Assembly (NCBI GenBank): GCA_039208735.1
Contig: JBCCQY010000005.1
Coordinates: 1 to 64,000 of the forward strand
Origin: Myxococcota bacterium
GTDB taxonomy: Bacteria > Myxococcota_A > UBA796 > GCA-2862545
Length of the DNA: 64,000 nucleotides
Direction of reading: 5' to 3'
Numbering within the stretch: the stretch's first letter is position 1; each line of letters starts with the position of its first letter. Below are positions 1-9,891 of the stretch, piece after piece. The notes beneath the pieces are model-generated. The model had not been told where the DNA came from. It ran no database searches and saw only the letters and a list, made by a program, of their open reading frames with translations. Made by a program: the position numbers and the translations under genes.

Positions 1-355
1 ATGGCACCCTCCCCACCACCTCCACCAAGTCGTAGGCCACATTCGCGTCGATGTAGCGCCCCCGACTGCCCGCAATCACATGCCCCTGCAGGTGGTCGAC
101 GGCGTCGGGTGGCGCTCCAGCGCGGAGGAGCCCCTGGCCGGCGACGGGATCAACCAGACAGCGTCCCTCGACCAGCCCTTGAGCTGTTCCACGAGGTGAG
201 CACTCATTGGAATGCGCTTTGATCTCGGGACACGGCCCGGCCACCAGGTCGCTCTCGCCCGCCCATCGCCACATCAGCTGAACCACCTTCACGACCTTCC
301 TCGCGGTGACCTCGGACGTTGTCCGGTTCAGGTGGCTCGTCGTTCCCAGGCGCTG
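1..355 (-). pseudogene. Degenerate tyrosine recombinase/integrase remnant (runs off window start)
   Basis: Minus-strand translation gives integrase-like pieces: SEVTARKVVKVVQLMWRWAGESDL (core-binding helix), SKRIPMSAHLVEQLKGW (in a different frame), GLLRAGAPPDAVDHLQGHVIAGSRGRYID (box II GH...Y). The R box and HxxR box are absent. Confidence 0.45.
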
Positions 356-383
356 GGTTGACCGGGGCCGTTAGACTGCGTCG

Positions 384-2288
384 ATGGCCTGGATGACCCT
401 GCAGTTCCTGCCTTGGCTCGCGATGGGCGCTCCCATCGACGATGTGCGTGCCCAAGCGATGGTTGATGCACTCGTGCCCGTCGTCGAAGCGCAGACGGAG
501 CGGCGGTTCGTGCGCGTACCCCGGGTGGGCATTACGGTCAGGGGCTCGCTACGTGCGCGCCTCCTCCGTCCTACGGGGCTCGCCTTGGCGCTCCAGGGCG
601 TGGCCCAAGAACGTCTTGAGCTGCGTCGCCTCGTGGAACCGCTCGTGTCGGATGCGCTCGCCGTCTACGTGCCCTACGACGAGCGCATCTACCTGGTCCA
701 AGAGGCGTTCGACGAACTCGGTGCGAGCTTTGATCTCGCGATGGAGACCCTTGAGCCGTTGATCGAGTGCGTGCTCACCCACGAGATGATTCACGCGCTC
801 CAACATCAATACGGGGTCGAGCTGGCGACCACGTCCGAGATGCGGCGCGGCCAGCAGGCGATTCGTGAAGGGCATGCCTCCCTTGTGGCGTCGATCTACT
901 GCGCCGCGGAGCACGGGGATGCGGTGGTTCGTCTGATGGAGACCGTACAGGGCATCGAGCTTGAGGCCAGCCTGTCACCGGACGACGATGCGGCGGTCTA
1001 TGGGTGGGGGCGAAGGGTCGCAGAAACGCTAGATGCCGAGGGCCTCCTGTGGTCTGCGATGGCGGCGCCAGCGCCTCAATGGCCGGACCTCGTGGCCGCC
1101 GTCGAACCCACGTTGCCGCCCGATTGGCGCACGGCATCTTCGTTGGGTCGCACGATGCGTGCGCTCGACGCCAACCTCGAGGCCAAGTCCGCCCTTCCCG
1201 TCTCGCCTACGTTCATCTTGACGCCCTTCTTCGGGGACCGCTGGGGCCTCGACGCGATGCCACGGGCTCTCGGCGGCTTTGCTCTCGAAGCGGTTCGAGA
1301 GACCGATGATGTGATGATCCTCGCCTTTCTGCTGGACCGGCGAGGGACCGCGGCCGAGCTGGTTGCGGGACGGCGGGCTGCGGCGGGCCGCTCTGCGTCA
1401 TCTTGGCGAGGGTTCGGGACCGATTCGGGGGCACTGCTGCGAGCACCCCGGACCCGACTGTATTCGAGGGCATTGCGCGATTCACGCGTGGTCGATGCGC
1501 TGTGGCTAAAGGCCAAAACCGCGGGAGATGGACCCTACACCGAGGCGTGGATCGCCACGCCACGCCGCCTGTTTGCGGTGATGGCGTCCGGTCCGCGACC
1601 CTCTCCACGGGCGTTGTTCGACGCCGTGCGTCCCATGATCAACGCGATGTCACCGCGGCGGGGCGCTGAACTGGGTCTGTCGTCGCTCGAAGCTTGGATT
1701 GCCGCGGTCCGTCAGGTCGACGATGCCGCGACCCGGGAACCGAGTTGGCAATACCGGATGCACGAGGCGGCTCGCCTACTCGAATCCGGTGATGAACTTG
1801 GATGTTCCAAGGTCTTCGGTGAGCGGTTGGTGCCAGGGACCGTCATCGACCACGAATGCCATGCGCGGGCAGCCTTTCAGTGCGCGGCCGCCCCGGGTGA
1901 CCTCGACCTTGCGCTACAAGCCGTCGCCCAACTTGAAGTGGCGCCCGCGAATGCGGCCCTGACCTTGGCTTCCCAATCCCTCGAGGCGGACCGACCGCGG
2001 GATGCTCGGCGCTTCCTCGACAAGATCGAAGAAAATCCAACGCTCGCCCTCGACATCGCGACCCAGCGGCTCGGGGTGGCGGTGGCCCTGCGCCGGTGGC
2101 GTGAGGTAGAGGAGCTGCTACGGCGAAACCCCATCTTACCCGGAGCCGCGCGCGCCGCTGCGGGGGCGGCGCTGTTCGAGCGAGGTCGGCGGTCCAGAGG
2201 CCTTGAGGTGGTTCGGGCGGCGTGCCCCGATCTGGCCGGAGCGGAACGACGGCAGTGCGTCGAGTTCGTGGCTCAGCACACGCCATAG
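384..2288 (+). CDS. Secreted zincin-type metallopeptidase-like protein with C-terminal TPR-like helices
   Basis: 634 aa ORF; LTHEMIHALQHQ (HExxH) plus downstream EGHA glutamate; hydrophobic N-terminus; Ala-rich helical C-terminus. Confidence 0.6.
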   Translation: MAWMTLQFLPWLAMGAPIDDVRAQAMVDALVPVVEAQTERRFVRVPRVGITVRGSLRARLLRPTGLALALQGVAQERLELRRLVEPLVSDALAVYVPYDERIYLVQEAFDELGASFDLAMETLEPLIECVLTHEMIHALQHQYGVELATTSEMRRGQQAIREGHASLVASIYCAAEHGDAVVRLMETVQGIELEASLSPDDDAAVYGWGRRVAETLDAEGLLWSAMAAPAPQWPDLVAAVEPTLPPDWRTASSLGRTMRALDANLEAKSALPVSPTFILTPFFGDRWGLDAMPRALGGFALEAVRETDDVMILAFLLDRRGTAAELVAGRRAAAGRSASSWRGFGTDSGALLRAPRTRLYSRALRDSRVVDALWLKAKTAGDGPYTEAWIATPRRLFAVMASGPRPSPRALFDAVRPMINAMSPRRGAELGLSSLEAWIAAVRQVDDAATREPSWQYRMHEAARLLESGDELGCSKVFGERLVPGTVIDHECHARAAFQCAAAPGDLDLALQAVAQLEVAPANAALTLASQSLEADRPRDARRFLDKIEENPTLALDIATQRLGVAVALRRWREVEELLRRNPILPGAARAAAGAALFERGRRSRGLEVVRAACPDLAGAERRQCVEFVAQHTP

Positions 2289-2296
2289 GAGGTTCC

Positions 2297-2932
2297 ATGC
2301 GTGTTGAACAGGCGGTGGCCAATCCGTGCGGCATTGCCGTTCTGGGAACATCGATTTGCCGGGTGCCGCCCGACCATGCAATCATCCGATGTACCGTCGA
2401 GCGAACGGACCATGCACCGGGGGCGGCCTTTGAGCAGGCCCGGGTGGCGGCGGCTTCGGTGCGGGGTGCCTTCGAGCGCCTGGGGGTGGCCGAGGTCAAG
2501 ACGTCCCGCATCTCGCTTAGCCAGGATCGCCGCTGGGACCCTGATCAGAAGCAGCAGATCGACGTGGGGTACACCGCCCGGTTGTCGTTTCAGGCGGCGG
2601 TGCAAGACCTGGACACGCTCGAGACCGTACTCGTCGACATCATCGAGGCAGGGGCGAACCGCCTGGACGGGGTTGCCTTCGAGACGAGCATGTTGGGAGA
2701 ACTCCGAGCCCAAGCGCGTCGTCAGGCCGTGGAGAACGGTCGGTCCAAGGCGGAACACTATGCCAGAGCTGCAGGCGTGGCCTTGGGCCGTCTTTTGCAC
2801 CTCGAGGACACCGATCCCAAAGGGCTTCGCGGCCGAGAAGAGGTCACGCGAGGCGGCGCATCAGATGCCGTCGATCCGGGTTGGATCGAGGTTGGGGCTT
2901 CCGTTCACCTGACCTTCAAGCTGGAGCGCTAG
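2297..2932 (+). CDS. SIMPL/DUF541 domain protein
   Basis: GGAGG RBS before ATG 2297; IAVLG..PDHA, GANRLDGVAF, ARRQAVENGR.KAEHYA..AGV.LG motifs. Confidence 0.85.
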   Translation: MRVEQAVANPCGIAVLGTSICRVPPDHAIIRCTVERTDHAPGAAFEQARVAAASVRGAFERLGVAEVKTSRISLSQDRRWDPDQKQQIDVGYTARLSFQAAVQDLDTLETVLVDIIEAGANRLDGVAFETSMLGELRAQARRQAVENGRSKAEHYARAAGVALGRLLHLEDTDPKGLRGREEVTRGGASDAVDPGWIEVGASVHLTFKLER

Positions 2933-4317
2933 CGGAGTTGGTCGAGGCCGGCGGTGAGTCGGCCTAAGGCCTGCATCGCATCGGCACTTAGGCTCTCTTC
3001 GCCTCCGAGCAGGAGGTCCGGCCCATCGTGAAGGCCCCGCGGGTCGATTTCGAAGAAGGCCGTGGTGCCATCGACGTCTTTGACCACCTTGAAGCGGTCG
3101 TCTCGGAGGGCTCGGTAGTGCTGCTCCCACGGCCCCGGGCCCGTATGCGAGACAGACTCGAGGTAGACCGTGTCGCGAAGGTAGTCGGCATCCCCGTGCC
3201 ACACCGCGACCTGTGACACCCCATCGATCGGGCCCGCTGCACTGCGTTCGTCCTCGGGCAACCCCGCGAGATCCGCGAGCGTCGGCCACAGGTCGACCAC
3301 CGAGATGAGCGCGTCACTGACCTCACCCTGTGGCACGCCGGGTCCCGTGACCACCATGGGCACTCGCACGCCGCCCTCGGCGACAGTGCCCTTGGCCCGG
3401 TTGGGATCGCTCGGGGCGGTGGTGACCTGGCGCGGCGTTCCGTTGTCACCGACCACCACCACGTACGTGTGATCGCGCAAGCGGTTCGACATCCCATCGA
3501 CGAGACGGCCGAGTTCCCGATCGACCGCTTCCGTCGCGGCGAGGTGCTTTTCGACGATGTTGAGCCCCGTCCCGTAGCTGTGCAGGTCCTGCGGTGGCGT
3601 GTGCCACGGATTGTGGGCCCCGTTGTAGGACACCACGAGGAGGAAGGGCTCTTCCAGGGCGTTGAGCTGGTCCAGGGCGTCGTCGGTGGTGTCGGTGGTG
3701 GCGTATTGCTGTTCAATGGCGACGGATCCGTCGGGCTGGACCTTTTCGAACTCGAAAAACCCGTAGCCCCCACTCTCGTTTTCCGAATCGACCCACAGGT
3801 TGTTCATCGAACCCGAGAACCACCCGAATCCCTGCAGCGTCGGCAGGTGCGTGGTGGACGGTGAAGCGTTGCTCGACAGATGCCATTTGCCCGCCAGCGC
3901 ACTGTCGTAGGGAACCTCGGCCGTGGCCAGCAGCTCGGGCAACGTGACTTCATCGAGGGGCAACTCATCGACTGTGTCGAACGGCCAAATCACCGCGCCG
4001 GTATGGTTTCGGAAGACGTGGCGACCGGTGAGCAATGCGGCGCGCGTCGCCGTGCAGGTGGGCATGGCAAAAGCGTGCTGAAACCGAAGCCCTTCATCGG
4101 CCAGGCGGTCGAGGGTCGGCGTAGGTGCGGTCTCGGGATGGACCCTGTACGAAGCCACCTTGTCGATGCCCACATCGTCAATGATGACCACCACGAAATT
4201 GGGACGTGCGGCGGGAACCGACGGGGATTCATGGGGGCTCGGCAAGGCCACGATCGCCTCGTCGGGGACGGCACACGCCACAAGGCCCCAAGCCACCAAC
4301 CCCATTCGTGCGATCAT
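2929..4317 (-). CDS. Arylsulfatase (formylglycine-dependent), lipoprotein
   Basis: PNFVVVIIDD, CTATRAALLTGR (CxxxR signature), GKWHL, GDNG, EGGVRVP; lipobox LVAC; GGAGG upstream of ATG 4317. Confidence 0.9.
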   Translation of the reverse strand: MIARMGLVAWGLVACAVPDEAIVALPSPHESPSVPAARPNFVVVIIDDVGIDKVASYRVHPETAPTPTLDRLADEGLRFQHAFAMPTCTATRAALLTGRHVFRNHTGAVIWPFDTVDELPLDEVTLPELLATAEVPYDSALAGKWHLSSNASPSTTHLPTLQGFGWFSGSMNNLWVDSENESGGYGFFEFEKVQPDGSVAIEQQYATTDTTDDALDQLNALEEPFLLVVSYNGAHNPWHTPPQDLHSYGTGLNIVEKHLAATEAVDRELGRLVDGMSNRLRDHTYVVVVGDNGTPRQVTTAPSDPNRAKGTVAEGGVRVPMVVTGPGVPQGEVSDALISVVDLWPTLADLAGLPEDERSAAGPIDGVSQVAVWHGDADYLRDTVYLESVSHTGPGPWEQHYRALRDDRFKVVKDVDGTTAFFEIDPRGLHDGPDLLLGGEESLSADAMQALGRLTAGLDQLR

Positions 4318-4406
4318 TGCGTCCGCCCTCCGATTGCCACGTAGGGTACCCCGCGTCAGGGAAACTCCGCGCAATAATCGGCGCCTCGTCACACCCGGGA
4401 GCCCCG

Positions 4407-5927
4407 ATGGCCTTTTTCGATCGACTCCAAGGCGAAGCCCCCCGATACGGCTGGGCTCGCGATGCCCACAAGGCGCGATGGAACCCCGCGGAGGTCGCGA
4501 GACGGACCAGCCGGCAACGCGATGAGCGAAGGGTCTGCATCATCGGGGGGGGAGCGTCGGGCATCCACATGGCCTGGCTGCTGCGCCGTCGGGGATTCCG
4601 CAACGTCACGGTGTTTGAACGCAACGACTACGTGGGGGGCAAGGTGCTCACCCTCGAAGCGGGTGGGGTCAAGCATGAGATGGGGGCCTGCTACACAACC
4701 CCTGCGTATCGACAGGTTCGCGCACTACTGTCGGAGTTTGGGCTCTATGACCGGGCTCCCGTGGCCGGCCGAACCATCATTCGCGCTGACGGCACCGAAC
4801 AGACCTTCGGGGATTGGGCTTCTGAGGAGTTTGCAAGTCAGCTCCAAGGCATTGCGGGACGACTCCCCTCGTTGGGGGTGGGACTGTTCGTGTTGCGTGA
4901 CATTTGGCGCTACAACCGGCTCCATCGCTCGATCTTCGGTCGGTACGACGGCACCTTCCCACCCCGGCCCTCCCAGCGCGGTCTCGAGCAGATGCAAGGG
5001 ACGTTCCTCGAATACCTCGAGCGGAACAAGCTCCAGACGCTGATTCCTGTCATGCGATTGTTCCAATCGGCCCAAGGCTACGGCTACATCGAGCAGGTTC
5101 CGGCCTACTACGGACTGTTGTGGAACGATCCGGGCACGATGAAAATCGTCATCGAGCAGCTGACGGGGCGGGGGCGACAGGGCGGCGCGGACCTCACCAA
5201 GGCCGGAATGCAGACCCTCTTCACCGAAATGGTGGCTCGCTCCTCGATCGACGTGCGGCTCTACCACGAGGTGGTGCGTATCGAGCGCGACGACCCCATC
5301 CAGGTGCGGACGCGAGACCGTCGCAGTGGAGCCGAACTCGTCCACGACTGCGACTTGCTTGTGGTGGCCACGAATGCCCGGCAGGCCCTGGATTGGCTGG
5401 ATTCGCCGACCGACGACGAACGGGCTTTGTTCGGCACCCAGACGACCCACCAGATGACCACGTCGCTGCAGAAGGGGCGCCAACGGAATCGGCACGGCAT
5501 CGACTCGTGGCTCCACCACGCGGTGCCCGGCAAAGACCATCACGTCACGACGCAACGACTCTCAAGGTTCTATCTTGATCCCGAAGGCTACGAGGCGCAG
5601 CCCGTCGAGGAGCCGGACTACCGAGTGGTGTTTCAATACGGTGCGATGCCGGCCTCAAGGGAGCAGATCAGCGACCGGTACGCCCGGCACTACCGGGGTG
5701 AGGATTCGGGCATCGCGGTCGACGGGGAAGAGGTCATCGACCGCCGCTTTTGGACCTACTTTCCCCACTGGGACGACGTGGGCATCCAGGCCGGAAACCC
5801 GTGGAAGGTGTTGGACCTGCAAGGGCAGAATCGAACGTTTTGGGTGGGCGCGTCGGCGTGCTTCGAGAGCCTGCGTGACATCGTGAACTACAACCTGCTC
5901 CTCATGTCCGAGCACTTCGACGAGTAG
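4407..5927 (+). CDS. FAD-dependent oxidoreductase, polyenoic/linoleate fatty-acid isomerase (PAI)-like
   Basis: IIGGGASG Rossmann motif, ERNDYVGGK, HEMGA, GYGYIEQVPA, WTYFPH...LQGQNRTFWVG. Confidence 0.75.
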   Translation: MAFFDRLQGEAPRYGWARDAHKARWNPAEVARRTSRQRDERRVCIIGGGASGIHMAWLLRRRGFRNVTVFERNDYVGGKVLTLEAGGVKHEMGACYTTPAYRQVRALLSEFGLYDRAPVAGRTIIRADGTEQTFGDWASEEFASQLQGIAGRLPSLGVGLFVLRDIWRYNRLHRSIFGRYDGTFPPRPSQRGLEQMQGTFLEYLERNKLQTLIPVMRLFQSAQGYGYIEQVPAYYGLLWNDPGTMKIVIEQLTGRGRQGGADLTKAGMQTLFTEMVARSSIDVRLYHEVVRIERDDPIQVRTRDRRSGAELVHDCDLLVVATNARQALDWLDSPTDDERALFGTQTTHQMTTSLQKGRQRNRHGIDSWLHHAVPGKDHHVTTQRLSRFYLDPEGYEAQPVEEPDYRVVFQYGAMPASREQISDRYARHYRGEDSGIAVDGEEVIDRRFWTYFPHWDDVGIQAGNPWKVLDLQGQNRTFWVGASACFESLRDIVNYNLLLMSEHFDE

Positions 5928-5929
5928 CG

Positions 5930-8900
5930 TCAGAACAGCTCGGTCGGTTCGTCATTGCGCACGGTGGCGACGAAGCGAGGATGGGCCAACGGATCGGGAT
6001 CCGGAACCACCTTTTCGAGTTCGGTGCACACCACCTCGGCGGTGGGTCGTTGGTCAGGGTCGACGCAGAGCATGCGGCCGACGAGGGGCCGCCAGGGTTC
6101 GGGCAGCCGGTCCTCGTCGTAGTCCGCCGCTTCGACTTGTTCCCGGATGAGCCACACGGGACCATTGATGAAGGGGCTGCGACCCGCGAGTAGTTCGTAA
6201 AGGATCGCTCCAAGACCCCAGACATCGGCGGCGGGTCCCACGCGCGTTGGATCGGTGTATTGCTCGGGCGAAGCGTAGATCGGGGTGCCGATGAACTGGC
6301 CCGGAAGGGTTTCGGTGACCGCTCGCCGGCGATCGCGGGCCAGGCCAAAGTCTGCCACCCGAGGCACCACGTCGCCCGTCGATGTGTCGAGCAACACGTT
6401 GGCCGGCTTGAGATCGCGATGCACGATGCTCCCTTTGTGCGCCGCGGCCAATCCGCGACCCACCGCGAGCGCAACGGCCGACGCTTCGTGGGGCGTGACC
6501 TCGTAGCGAGTCAGCAGATCCTCAAGGGAACACCCGTCCACGAGCGGCATCACCAAGCCATGCTTGCCGTGGATGTCGATCACGTCGAGGACAGGTACGA
6601 TGTGCGGCGACATCAAGCGGCTCTGGATCTTGCCTTCTTCGACGAGCCGAGTGGCCAAATCGGGCTTGGCATCCAGCAAGACCTTGAGTGCATTGGGCCG
6701 GTCGAGGGTCTCGTGGAGCACCTCGTAGACCATCGCCATGGCGCCCTGGCCGATGAGCCCACACACCCGATATGGTCCGAAGCGCTCGCCGTTCGCAAGC
6801 TCGGAGGGGGAGCCTGCCGCCGGCGTGCGGTCCTGCCCCAGCTGAAACAATGGCAGCGCCCCGACCCCTTTCACGTCGAACGGTCCGATTTGAACGACGT
6901 CGTCGGGACGTCCGAGGACGTCGGCAATCACCCCTGAGACAAACGTGCACCCCGGCCGACACACCGCATGAATGCCGAAGGCGAGGTTTACGCTTGGCCC
7001 CACCGCGGTGTATTCGGTTCGGCGGTCGGTCCCGAGGTAGCCCACTGCGGCGGGTCCGTGGTGAATGCCCACCCGCAGTCGGGTCTTGCCCTGGCACCGG
7101 ACCTGCCAGATCGCATCGAGTTCTCCGGTGCGTTGATGCAACGCCTCCGCACAGGCCGCAGCGCGCTTGACCTGCTGTTCGATGGGGACCTGTACCGGCA
7201 CCCCAAAGTGCACCAGCACGCCGTCGCCAAGGAACTTGTCGAGGAAGCCTTCGTGCTCGAACACCACGTCCGAAACGAGCCGGAAGTAGTCCGAGAGGTA
7301 GGCGGCAATGCCCCCGGCTCGAAGGCGCTCGGTCAAGGCGGTGAACCCGACGATGTCGACCACAAGGGTGGTGATTTGGCGCATCTGAGGCGCATCGTCG
7401 AAACTGGCGCGGCCTTCGACCACCGCGTTCACGAGGGCTGGGGGAAGGAACCGCCCAAAGAGTTCCTCTCGCAGCTGTCGGTTGAGTTCGCGAACCTCCC
7501 CTTCGCGCTCCTTCAAGCGCAGCAGATTCGTCACGGTGCTCAGCAGCTCGCCTTGTTCGAAAGGCTTGCCGATGAACGCGTCCGCTCCGACCTTGGTGCC
7601 CGCGGTTCGGCTCTCGGGGTCGGAACGAGCCGTCAACAAGATGATGGGGACCGAGCGGTGTTCGGGGTCCTCCCGCACGCGGCGAATGAGGTCCGGACCG
7701 TTGAGGCCATCCATCATCCAGTCCGTCACGATGAGTTCGGGCGTCCGCATCTGGATGTAGACCCACGCCTCTTCGCCGTTCTTGGCGCGGCACACGGTAA
7801 AGCCTTCGCCCTCGAGCAAGTCCGCGACGAAATTGCGCAGGTCGAGATCGTCCTCGACGACCAGCACGTAGGCATCGGGCAGCACGCTCGGCCGATCGAT
7901 GGTCGGGCCGTCGGGGTCGAATTGTGCATCGGTAAGGATGACGGTCGGCTCGAGGTACTCCACCTGAGCGGGGCCACTCGGCGCTTCCGCACGGGTCAGG
8001 GTGATGTAGAAGTGGCTTCCGAATCCCTCTCGGCTGTCGACGCCCACGTTCGCACCCATTTCGCCGGCGAGTCGCCGCACCGTGTGCAGGCCGATGCCGG
8101 TTCCACTTCGGCGCGAGGTGGCGTCGCCCAGGGTCGCGAACGGCTGAAACAGCTTGGGTTTATCGGCATGGCTGATGCCAGGGCCCTGATCGCTGACCAC
8201 GATTCGAGGTCCTGTGGGCGTGGTGCGCACGCTCACGTCGACCACACCCTTGTCGGGACTGTATTTGATCGCGTTCGTGACGTAATTGACGAGGACTTCT
8301 TCGAGCTTCTCGGGATCTGCAAGACCAAAGGCCGCTTGGGCGCCATGCGCCTTCACGCGAACCCCTCGCGCCGCGGGAACGCCGTAGTATCGAGCCACGA
8401 ACTGTTGGATGAAGCTCGAAAGATCAAGTCCCTGAAGCGAGGACGAGCCGAGTCGAGCGGCGAGGGCCTCGTGCCGAAGCAAGGCGTTGAGTTGGTGCGC
8501 CATGCGCCGCGCGTTGGCCTGCGCCACTTCGAGCCATCGGGAGTCGGGATCGGTGCGGCGCAGGTGCTCGAGCGGTCCGAGGATCATGGTGAGCGGGTTG
8601 CGGATGGCGTGGGAGACCTGCCGGAAGAACTCGACGCGCTGGTTCGACAACGTCGCGATGGCCTCTCGACGGGCGGTGAGGCGGTGTCGGATCGCGTGCT
8701 GCTGGCCCGCGAGCACCGCCATCATCCCGAGCGAAGGCATCCAGATCGCGAGGAAGTACAGGTCGATCCAGAATCGCTGATTGGCGCCGAGAACGACGGG
8801 GGCCAGGGCACTTGCCCCCACGAACAAGGCCGCCAGCGAAATGCCGTAGGCCAGCGCCTGGGCGAGCGTGGCGCGCAAGAAGAGCATCGCCAACAACACC

Positions 8901-9232
8901 ATCGACATCAGCAAGGTGACCGGGCGCACGTTGTCGGCCGAAAGGGTGCCCAGCGCGTAGACGGGCAGCTGCGACACCATGGCGCCCCAGAAGAAGACGT
9001 CCATGAATGCATCGTCGTAAGGCTTACGACGCGTCAGGTTGATGGTCGTAAAGACCCCGAACGACGTCGCACCGATGACCATCGCCACGGTCAGGGGACC
9101 CCACGCAATGTGAGCCCATCCAAACGTGTGAGCGATGACGAGAGCCGCTCCGGCGAAGAGGTTGGCGACGAGTCCAACGGTGATGTTGGTTTGATTGGTC
9201 GCCCGCCGCGGGCGATCGCGAGGGTCCAGCAT
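5930..9232 (-). CDS. Membrane hybrid sensor: TM region + HisKA/HATPase + receiver + class III nucleotide cyclase + Ser/Thr protein kinase
   Basis: About 6 hydrophobic segments; SHAIRNPL, NYVTNAIKY, DQGPG, GTGIGL; EDD/TDWMM/GKP; VDIVGFT/DKFLGDG; GQGAMA, ALK, HRDLKPAN, DFG, SPE. Confidence 0.9.
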   Translation of the reverse strand: MLDPRDRPRRATNQTNITVGLVANLFAGAALVIAHTFGWAHIAWGPLTVAMVIGATSFGVFTTINLTRRKPYDDAFMDVFFWGAMVSQLPVYALGTLSADNVRPVTLLMSMVLLAMLFLRATLAQALAYGISLAALFVGASALAPVVLGANQRFWIDLYFLAIWMPSLGMMAVLAGQQHAIRHRLTARREAIATLSNQRVEFFRQVSHAIRNPLTMILGPLEHLRRTDPDSRWLEVAQANARRMAHQLNALLRHEALAARLGSSSLQGLDLSSFIQQFVARYYGVPAARGVRVKAHGAQAAFGLADPEKLEEVLVNYVTNAIKYSPDKGVVDVSVRTTPTGPRIVVSDQGPGISHADKPKLFQPFATLGDATSRRSGTGIGLHTVRRLAGEMGANVGVDSREGFGSHFYITLTRAEAPSGPAQVEYLEPTVILTDAQFDPDGPTIDRPSVLPDAYVLVVEDDLDLRNFVADLLEGEGFTVCRAKNGEEAWVYIQMRTPELIVTDWMMDGLNGPDLIRRVREDPEHRSVPIILLTARSDPESRTAGTKVGADAFIGKPFEQGELLSTVTNLLRLKEREGEVRELNRQLREELFGRFLPPALVNAVVEGRASFDDAPQMRQITTLVVDIVGFTALTERLRAGGIAAYLSDYFRLVSDVVFEHEGFLDKFLGDGVLVHFGVPVQVPIEQQVKRAAACAEALHQRTGELDAIWQVRCQGKTRLRVGIHHGPAAVGYLGTDRRTEYTAVGPSVNLAFGIHAVCRPGCTFVSGVIADVLGRPDDVVQIGPFDVKGVGALPLFQLGQDRTPAAGSPSELANGERFGPYRVCGLIGQGAMAMVYEVLHETLDRPNALKVLLDAKPDLATRLVEEGKIQSRLMSPHIVPVLDVIDIHGKHGLVMPLVDGCSLEDLLTRYEVTPHEASAVALAVGRGLAAAHKGSIVHRDLKPANVLLDTSTGDVVPRVADFGLARDRRRAVTETLPGQFIGTPIYASPEQYTDPTRVGPAADVWGLGAILYELLAGRSPFINGPVWLIREQVEAADYDEDRLPEPWRPLVGRMLCVDPDQRPTAEVVCTELEKVVPDPDPLAHPRFVATVRNDEPTELF

Positions 9233-9340
9233 GAAGCCATCCTACCGGGGGTGTCTCGTCGTGTTGAGCCAACGGCATAGAAGGGCCGTGAGGAGGAAGT
9301 CAATCCTGCGGTTGATGCGAATTCGCGAGGAGGAGGCCGT

Positions 9341-9889
9341 GTGAAGAGCTGGGTTTTTGCCCGGGAGCGCGTCTTTGAAGCCCTGGCGCAACATCCCGAC
9401 TGGGCGCTGTTGTCGATCAATGACGCGACGAGTGACGAACCCAACTTCGGCGCCCACGGTGGGCCTATCCAACGGGTGTACTTCGATGACTTGACCCACG
9501 CGTCGCCCGCCGCGATGCGCACGGGTTTTGTGCCGCCGTCTTGTCAAGATGCCGAGCAGATCGCTGGGTTTCTCAAACAACTGTCACGGCAGCCGCCCCC
9601 AGGGCTTTTGGTGCATTGCATGGCGGGCATCTCGAGGTCGACCGCCTCGGTGTGTGCAGCGGGTGCGGTGTTCGAAGGGCCGGAGCGTGCGCTGGCGGTG
9701 TTGGATGAAGCCGTGGAAGAGACCGAGCGGGTCGGCTTGCGCCATGGTCAGGAGGCCTTGCCGAACCCGCGACTTGTCGCGCTGCTCGATGAAGCGCTAG
9801 GGTTCGAACGCAGGCTTCTAACCCCGGTCATTGAACGGTTTTGGCCCCTGCGCACCCTCGAGGAAATCGTGGCCGACGCCCAACGCTGA
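9341..9889 (+). CDS. Protein tyrosine/dual-specificity phosphatase-like protein
   Basis: HCMAGISRS (CX5R) loop, FDD acid loop, PNPR; GGAGGAGG upstream. Confidence 0.85.
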   Translation: MKSWVFARERVFEALAQHPDWALLSINDATSDEPNFGAHGGPIQRVYFDDLTHASPAAMRTGFVPPSCQDAEQIAGFLKQLSRQPPPGLLVHCMAGISRSTASVCAAGAVFEGPERALAVLDEAVEETERVGLRHGQEALPNPRLVALLDEALGFERRLLTPVIERFWPLRTLEEIVADAQR

Positions 9890-9891
9890 TC

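Noticed and set aside
6968..9280. 770-aa plus-strand ORF and other long antisense ORFs (e.g. 11887-13614, 29834-31402, 32528-34441, 53460-54863, 61973-63484)
   Set aside because: Shadow frames opposite well-supported genes; typical of high-GC3 DNA and lacking motifs.
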